A stretch of DNA of 20,395 bases from an archaeon (GTDB lineage Archaea; Iainarchaeota; Iainarchaeia; Iainarchaeales; Iainarchaeaceae), in assembly GCA_035289485.1 (NCBI GenBank), contig DATDXA010000059.1, positions 1 to 20,395 of the forward strand. Direction: 5' to 3'. The notes below the pieces were generated by a model, which did no database searches, was not told the origin of the DNA, and saw only the letters and a program-made list of their open reading frames with translations. This document shows, piece after piece, positions 15,423-20,395 of this stretch (position 1 is its first letter; the number at the start of each line of letters is the position of its first letter). The translations under genes and the position numbers were made by a program.

Positions 15423-16268
15423 ATGGCTGCAAAAATCGTTGATGGAGAAAAAGTTGCATCAAAAATACTTGAAGGCGTGCGAGCGGATGTTTCAGAACTC
15501 AAAAGCCGCGGGATTGTGCCAAAGCTGGTTGTGATACAGGTTGGTGAGGACCCTGCATCTACGATTTATGTGAATAAAAAGCACAAGAAATGCATAGAGC
15601 TTGGAATGGAATCTGAAATCAAGAGATTTCCGGCGCAGATAGAGTATGAAGAACTGCTTTTGCAGATACGAAAGCTAAATGAGGATTCAAAAGTGCACGG
15701 GATATTGGTGCAGCTCCCTCTCCCGGACCATTTGAGCCATAAGCAGGTGCTTGAAACTGTCGCAGTTGAAAAGGATGTTGACGGGCTTCACCCATATAGC
15801 CACGGAAAGAATATTTTGGGCAAGGATGGATTTGTTCCTGCAACCCCGAAAGGGATAATGGAACTGCTCTCCGCCTACAAAATAAAGCCTGAAGGTAAAA
15901 ATGCGGTCGTGATTGGGAGAAGCAATATTGTCGGAAAGCCTGTGGCTTCGCTTTTGCTCAACGCCGGGTGCACTGTTACAGTATGCCACAGCAAAACCAA
16001 AAACCTTGCGGATTTTACGAAGCGCGCGGACATTTTGGTTTGCGCGGTTGGAAAGCCAAAGATTGTGAAGGCATCAATGGTGAAAAAAGGCGCCGCGGTA
16101 ATTGATGTTGGAATCAACAGGCTAAAGGACGGGAAGCTTGTTGGCGATGTTGATTTCAAGGCAGTTAGCAAGAAGGCGGGGTTCATAACTCCCGTACCCG
16201 GAGGAGTTGGGCCGATGACGATTGCCTCTCTTATGCAGAATACGGTGAAGGCGTGCAGAGGGTTTTGA
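15423..16268 (+). CDS. folD: Bifunctional methylene-THF dehydrogenase/cyclohydrolase
   Basis: YV.KK.K, GILVQLPLP, KDVDGLHP, PATPKG, GRSNIVGKP, IDVGINR, ITPVPGGVGPMTIA. Confidence 0.97.
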   Translation: MAAKIVDGEKVASKILEGVRADVSELKSRGIVPKLVVIQVGEDPASTIYVNKKHKKCIELGMESEIKRFPAQIEYEELLLQIRKLNEDSKVHGILVQLPLPDHLSHKQVLETVAVEKDVDGLHPYSHGKNILGKDGFVPATPKGIMELLSAYKIKPEGKNAVVIGRSNIVGKPVASLLLNAGCTVTVCHSKTKNLADFTKRADILVCAVGKPKIVKASMVKKGAAVIDVGINRLKDGKLVGDVDFKAVSKKAGFITPVPGGVGPMTIASLMQNTVKACRGF

Positions 16269-16873
16269 TGCCCAAGATAAAAATCGCGGTCCTCGGCTCG
16301 ACCAAAGGCACGGATTTGCAGGCAATTATTGATGCCATTGAAGCGGGCAAACTGGATGCTGAAATTGTTGCCATTGGCTCGGATAAACAGGATTCATTCA
16401 TCCTCGAGCGCGCAAAAAAGCACAAAATACAGGCAATTTTTGTCAATTACAAAAATTTTGCAAAGCGTGAGAATGCGGAAAGGGTTTTTGCGGATGAATT
16501 CCGCAAGCGCAAGGCCGATTTGGTTTTGCTTATAGGCTTTATGAAAATACTCTCGCCCTATTTTGTACGTGCATTCCGCGGCCGCATCTGGAACATCCAC
16601 CCAAGCCTGCTCCCCAAATATGCCGGCGGCATGAACATGGATGTGCATGAGCAGGTGCTAAGAAACGGGGAAAAGGAAACGGGATGCACACTGCACGAGG
16701 TTTCAGAAAAAGTCGATGCCGGAAAAATAATAATGCAAAAAAAGTGCCCTATTGTGAAAAATGACACTGCGCAAACCCTCAAAGAAAAGGTGCAAAAACT
16801 CGAGCAGGAATGCCTTTTAGAAGCGGTTAAAATGGTTATTGAAGGTAAATTAAGCATTGGTGAGCGGGCTTGA
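16268..16873 (+). CDS. purN: Phosphoribosylglycinamide formyltransferase (folate-dependent)
   Basis: LGSTKGTDLQAII, GFMKIL, catalytic NIHPSLLPKY.G, TGCTLH.V...VDAG; TGATG overlap with the folD stop. Confidence 0.95.
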   Translation: MPKIKIAVLGSTKGTDLQAIIDAIEAGKLDAEIVAIGSDKQDSFILERAKKHKIQAIFVNYKNFAKRENAERVFADEFRKRKADLVLLIGFMKILSPYFVRAFRGRIWNIHPSLLPKYAGGMNMDVHEQVLRNGEKETGCTLHEVSEKVDAGKIIMQKKCPIVKNDTAQTLKEKVQKLEQECLLEAVKMVIEGKLSIGERA

Positions 16874-18402
16874 GCGGAAAAATCAAAACTGCACTGATTT
16901 CTGTTTCTGATAAGGCAGGCCTTGCGGAATTCGCAAAAGAGCTGCACAAAAACGGCGTAAAAATAATCTCCTCCGGAGGCACTTACGACTTTTTGGCAAA
17001 AAATGGGATTAAAGCAGTAAAAGTCGAGGATGTCACGGGCTTTCCTGAAATGCTGGGTGGCAGGGTGAAAACTCTGCATCCAAAGCTTCATGGCGGAATT
17101 CTCGCAAAGCGCACAAAGGAGCATCTTGCGCAAATTGCAAAGCACGGCATTGGGCAAATAGATTTGGTTGTCGTGAACCTATACCCGTTCAGGGAAACGG
17201 TTTCAAAGCCAAAGGTTTCGCGCGAAGAGGCGGTTGAGAACATAGATATCGGCGGGCCAAGCCTTATTCGCGGCGCTGCGAAAAACCATGAATATGTGGG
17301 TGTTGTTGTGGAGCCCGCGCAATATGCGAAAGTTCTTGAAGATTTGAAAAAGAATGGATTTGCGCTTTCAAAAAAAATGAAAGAGGAACTCATGGCTGAA
17401 GCGTTCGCTCACACTGCGGCGTATGATGCGCTGATTGCGCGGCATTTTGCCCCGAAAGAGGACATTTTTCCCTCCAAGCTCACGCTCACGTTTGAAAAAG
17501 CAAGCGAGCCGCGCTATGGGGAGAACCCGCACCAGTTGGCGGCGGTGTACAAGGAGCCGCTTTCGCGCACAGGAGTGCTAATGGCTGAGCAGCTCAATGG
17601 AAAGCAGCTCTCATACAACAATATACTTGACACCGATGCCGCGCTTGCTATTGCGCGCGAATTCGAAGAGCCCTGCGTTGTGATAGTAAAGCACAACAAC
17701 CCGTGCGGAGTTGCGTGCGATAAGAAAATTTCGAATGCGTTTGCAAAGGCGCTTGAATCAGATACAAAAAGCGCTTTCGGAGGAATTATAGCGCTGAACT
17801 CAAAATGCGACCTTGAAACCGCAAAAGCAGTAAACACGGTTTTCTTTGAAGTTATTATCGCTCCGGATTTTGAGAGCGCCGCACTTGAAGAGCTCAAGAA
17901 GAAACAGAACCTGCGCGTGCTCAAACTCAAGAATATGCGTGAAAAGGATGCAGCGCCAGTATTCAGGCAGGTCGAGGGCGGGCTGCTTGTGCAGGAAGAG
18001 GACTCAAAGCTCGCGGATGAGTGGAAGAATGTGAGCGAGCAAAAGGCTGAAACAAAGGCGCTTGATGATTTGAAGTTTGCATGGAAAGTTGCAAAGTTTG
18101 TGAAGAGCAATGCAATCGTTCTTGCAAAAGACAATGCCACGGTTGGAATCGGAATGGGGCTCACTTCGCGAGTGGATGCATCAGAACTCGCTCTCAAGAA
18201 AGCCGGCGCAAAGGCAAAAGGAAGCGCGATGGCATCAGACGGGTTTTTCCCGTTCAGCGACAGCATTGAGCTCGCAGCTAAAGCAGGAGTTGCGGCTGTG
18301 TGCGAACCGGGCGGAAGCGTTAAGGATGAGGAAGTCATCGCGAGCGCAAAGAAGCTGAAACTGCCGCTCTACTTCACGGGCGTGCGGCACTTTAGGCATT
18401 GA
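16870..18402 (+). CDS. purH: Bifunctional AICAR transformylase/IMP cyclohydrolase
   Basis: ALISVSDK, GGRVKTLHP..HGG, ENIDIGGP, RYGENPHQ, KHNNPCG, KSNAI, ASDGFFPF.D, RHFRH; TTG start after GGTGAG, overlapping the purN stop. Confidence 0.97.
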   Translation: MSGKIKTALISVSDKAGLAEFAKELHKNGVKIISSGGTYDFLAKNGIKAVKVEDVTGFPEMLGGRVKTLHPKLHGGILAKRTKEHLAQIAKHGIGQIDLVVVNLYPFRETVSKPKVSREEAVENIDIGGPSLIRGAAKNHEYVGVVVEPAQYAKVLEDLKKNGFALSKKMKEELMAEAFAHTAAYDALIARHFAPKEDIFPSKLTLTFEKASEPRYGENPHQLAAVYKEPLSRTGVLMAEQLNGKQLSYNNILDTDAALAIAREFEEPCVVIVKHNNPCGVACDKKISNAFAKALESDTKSAFGGIIALNSKCDLETAKAVNTVFFEVIIAPDFESAALEELKKKQNLRVLKLKNMREKDAAPVFRQVEGGLLVQEEDSKLADEWKNVSEQKAETKALDDLKFAWKVAKFVKSNAIVLAKDNATVGIGMGLTSRVDASELALKKAGAKAKGSAMASDGFFPFSDSIELAAKAGVAAVCEPGGSVKDEEVIASAKKLKLPLYFTGVRHFRH

Positions 18403-18417
18403 AAATAAGAATTTTAT

Positions 18418-18957
18418 TTATTTTTTCTCAGTAACAACGCAATCCAACTTCACATCGTGCTTTTCATTCGGGATTTTATCCACAATCTGAAAACCATAAG
18501 CGAGCCCGACTTTGATATTTTTCTTGTTCTCTGAAAGGAACTTGTCATAATATCCTTTTCCCCAGCCGATGCGATAGCCTCGCTTGTCGAATGCAACTCC
18601 CGGAACGAAAAAGAGTTCAATCGAAGCCGCATCTGCAATAACTTGCGCTGCAGGCTCGGGGTTTCCCAATTTACTTTTGGATAATTCAGCGGAAGGGCGG
18701 TATTTTGCAAATTCCATCTTGTCGTTCACGAGCACGGGAACGAAAACGTCCTTTCCGAGTGCAACAAGCGAACTTATGAGTTCGGTTGTGTCGACTTCGT
18801 TGCGGAATGAGAGATAAATTCCTATGTTCTTCGCGCCCTTGAGCTCTTTGAGCTTCAATGCATTAGAACATATCCGCGCGCTCAGGGATGAAATTTCAGA
18901 TTTTGAAAGCGCCAGGCGCTGCTTCGAGATTTTTTCGCGCAAAAGAGCCTTATCCAT
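18418..18957 (-). CDS. fau: 5-formyltetrahydrofolate cyclo-ligase
   Basis: K..LR, NEVDT, VPGVAFDKRGYRIGWGKGYYDKFL, P.EKHDV.LD.VVTE; SD GGGGTGA. Confidence 0.93.
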   Translation of the reverse strand: MDKALLREKISKQRLALSKSEISSLSARICSNALKLKELKGAKNIGIYLSFRNEVDTTELISSLVALGKDVFVPVLVNDKMEFAKYRPSAELSKSKLGNPEPAAQVIADAASIELFFVPGVAFDKRGYRIGWGKGYYDKFLSENKKNIKVGLAYGFQIVDKIPNEKHDVKLDCVVTEKK

Positions 18958-18971
18958 GCGATTTCACCCCG

Positions 18972-20234
18972 TTAGAGAGCCCTCTTTCCTATATCTTTGC
19001 GGAACTGCATGCCGTCAAACTTTATTTTCGAAACTCCGGTGTAAGCATTTGCAATTGCGTCCTTGATGCTTGCGCCGGTGCCGGTAACTCCGAGCACCCT
19101 TCCGCCATTTGTGAGGGCTTTGCCGCCCTCTGGCCTTGTCCCGGCGTGGAAAACAACAACATCCTTCAATTTCGCCGCGGCATCGAGCCCGGAAATCGCA
19201 TGCCCTTTTTCATATTTCTCAGGATAGCCTTTTGAGGCGATTACAACGCAGCACGCGGCGCCGTTTTTCCATTTGATTTCAGTTTTGCCAAGCTTTCCAT
19301 CGATGCAGGAATTCACAATATCAACCAAATCCGTTTCGAGAAGCGAAAGTGTGGGCTGGGTTTCAGGGTCGCCAAAACGCGCGTTGAACTCTATGACCTT
19401 GAACTCTTTTCCTTTAATCATTAGCCCGGCATAGAGCACGCCCTTGTAGGGAGTTCCGCGCTTTTGCATTTCATTTAGCACCGGAACAAAAACAGCACCA
19501 TGGATTTTCTCTTCAAGCCCTTTTACAACTGGCGCCGGGGCGTAAGCGCCCATTCCGCCCGTATTCTCGCCTTTATCGCCGTCGAAAATGCGCTTATGGT
19601 CCTGTGAGGAAACCATGAGCTTTGCGGTTTTGCCATCGCAAAATGCGAGAATGCTCGCTTCTTCTCCATCAAGAAGCTCTTCAATTACAATTCTTTTGCC
19701 CGCATCTCCGAAAATCGACTCCTGCATCAGTTTATTCACGGCGCCCATTATTTCGCTCTGGGAATGGCAGATTATGACTCCTTTTCCCTGCGCAAGCCCA
19801 TCGGCTTTCACGGCCGCCCCGCGCGGAAACTCATCCACAATGCTTTGCGCCTCATCAATATTTGCAATAACTTCATAGCGCGCGGTCGGGACTTTCGCGG
19901 CAGTCATTATTTCCTTTGCAAAAGCCTTGCTCCCTTCGAGCATTGCTGCGGTACCGCTCGGACCGAAAATTCGCATGCCCTTTTCTTCGAAAGCATCAAC
20001 AACCCCTTCAACAAGCGGGGTTTCCGGTCCCACAATTGTCAAATCAATCTTGTTTTTAAGCGCAAATTCAAGCAACGCAGAAATGTCTTCATAGGGAATT
20101 GGCACGTTTTCCGCAACAGTGGATGTGCCGGCATTTCCGGGGGCGCAGAAAATCTTTGAAACCTGTTTTGATTGGGATAGTTTCCAGCAAAGGGCGTGTT
20201 CGCGCCCTCCGGAACCAATGACGAGGATTTTCAT
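18972..20234 (-). CDS. purD: Phosphoribosylamine-glycine ligase
   Basis: MKILVIGSGGREHAL, LEGSKAFAK, KADGLA.GKGV, QDHKR..DGD.GENTGGMGAY, EFNARFGDPE, GGRVL, RKDIG; start at ATG 20234 (420 aa). Confidence 0.97.
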   Translation of the reverse strand: MKILVIGSGGREHALCWKLSQSKQVSKIFCAPGNAGTSTVAENVPIPYEDISALLEFALKNKIDLTIVGPETPLVEGVVDAFEEKGMRIFGPSGTAAMLEGSKAFAKEIMTAAKVPTARYEVIANIDEAQSIVDEFPRGAAVKADGLAQGKGVIICHSQSEIMGAVNKLMQESIFGDAGKRIVIEELLDGEEASILAFCDGKTAKLMVSSQDHKRIFDGDKGENTGGMGAYAPAPVVKGLEEKIHGAVFVPVLNEMQKRGTPYKGVLYAGLMIKGKEFKVIEFNARFGDPETQPTLSLLETDLVDIVNSCIDGKLGKTEIKWKNGAACCVVIASKGYPEKYEKGHAISGLDAAAKLKDVVVFHAGTRPEGGKALTNGGRVLGVTGTGASIKDAIANAYTGVSKIKFDGMQFRKDIGKRAL

Positions 20235-20250
20235 TTTACCACTGTGATGT

Positions 20251-20395
20251 TCACTCGTAAGTCCTCTTGCTCTCAAGGCCGCGCTCGTAGCGCTCAAGCG
20301 CCTTCACGCGCAGCTTAGTGCCCCACTCGGTTGGGTATTCACCTGTGATGCATGCCGCGCACAAATCCTTCTTGCCATTTTCAAGCCCGATGGAT
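20251..20395 (-). CDS. purF: 3' end of amidophosphoribosyltransferase (partial)
   Basis: Minus strand translates to SIGLENGKKDLCAACITGEYPTEWG...KRTYE*, containing the PurF C-terminal Fe-S motif LCxACxxGxYP; directly upstream of purD. Confidence 0.88.
   Translation of the reverse strand, partial: SIGLENGKKDLCAACITGEYPTEWGTKLRVKALERYERGLESKRTYE

Noticed and set aside
17514..18338. 274-aa antisense ORF within purH, and similar shadow ORFs over por, pur, glyA and folD
   Set aside because: They lie opposite or out of frame to well-supported genes, with Ser/Phe/Ala-rich composition typical of reverse-frame artefacts.
20235..20297. N-terminal extension of PurD in the ORF track (similar extensions for PurA, PorB, AcyP, CutA, PurN)
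   Set aside because: The extensions overlap neighbouring genes or promoters, and family homology begins at the downstream start codons.

Overview
Archaeal housekeeping region. Evidence: a DUF357 gene after a probable dph5 3' end, a COG2521-type methyltransferase, TATA boxes 22-31 nt before start codons, and GGTGA-type ribosome-binding sites. A small-genome DPANN lineage such as Iainarchaeota/Diapherotrites is a plausible but unproven source. The left part holds DUF357, a membrane-anchored Ig-like protein, acylphosphatase, a Nudix hydrolase, a four-subunit pyruvate:ferredoxin oxidoreductase operon (gamma-delta-alpha-beta), CutA and a tail-anchored protein. From 5975 to the end lies a de novo purine/one-carbon supercluster: purM, purB, purC, purA, glyA-folD-purN-purH, 5-formyl-THF cyclo-ligase, purD and the 3' end of purF. 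It uses bacterial-type tetrahydrofolate-dependent formylation steps. A 2.4 kb accessory block (11619-14049) interrupts the cluster and carries two orphan genes and two type II toxin-antitoxin pairs (hicB-hicA and RHH-relE). The most unusual features are in that block: direct repeats bracketing each TA module like cassettes, an 18-codon hydrophobic ORF facing a possible antisense promoter, and a putative exported orphan sharing an 11/17-residue motif with the nearby RHH antitoxin. No tRNA, rRNA, CRISPR array, transposase or integrase was seen.
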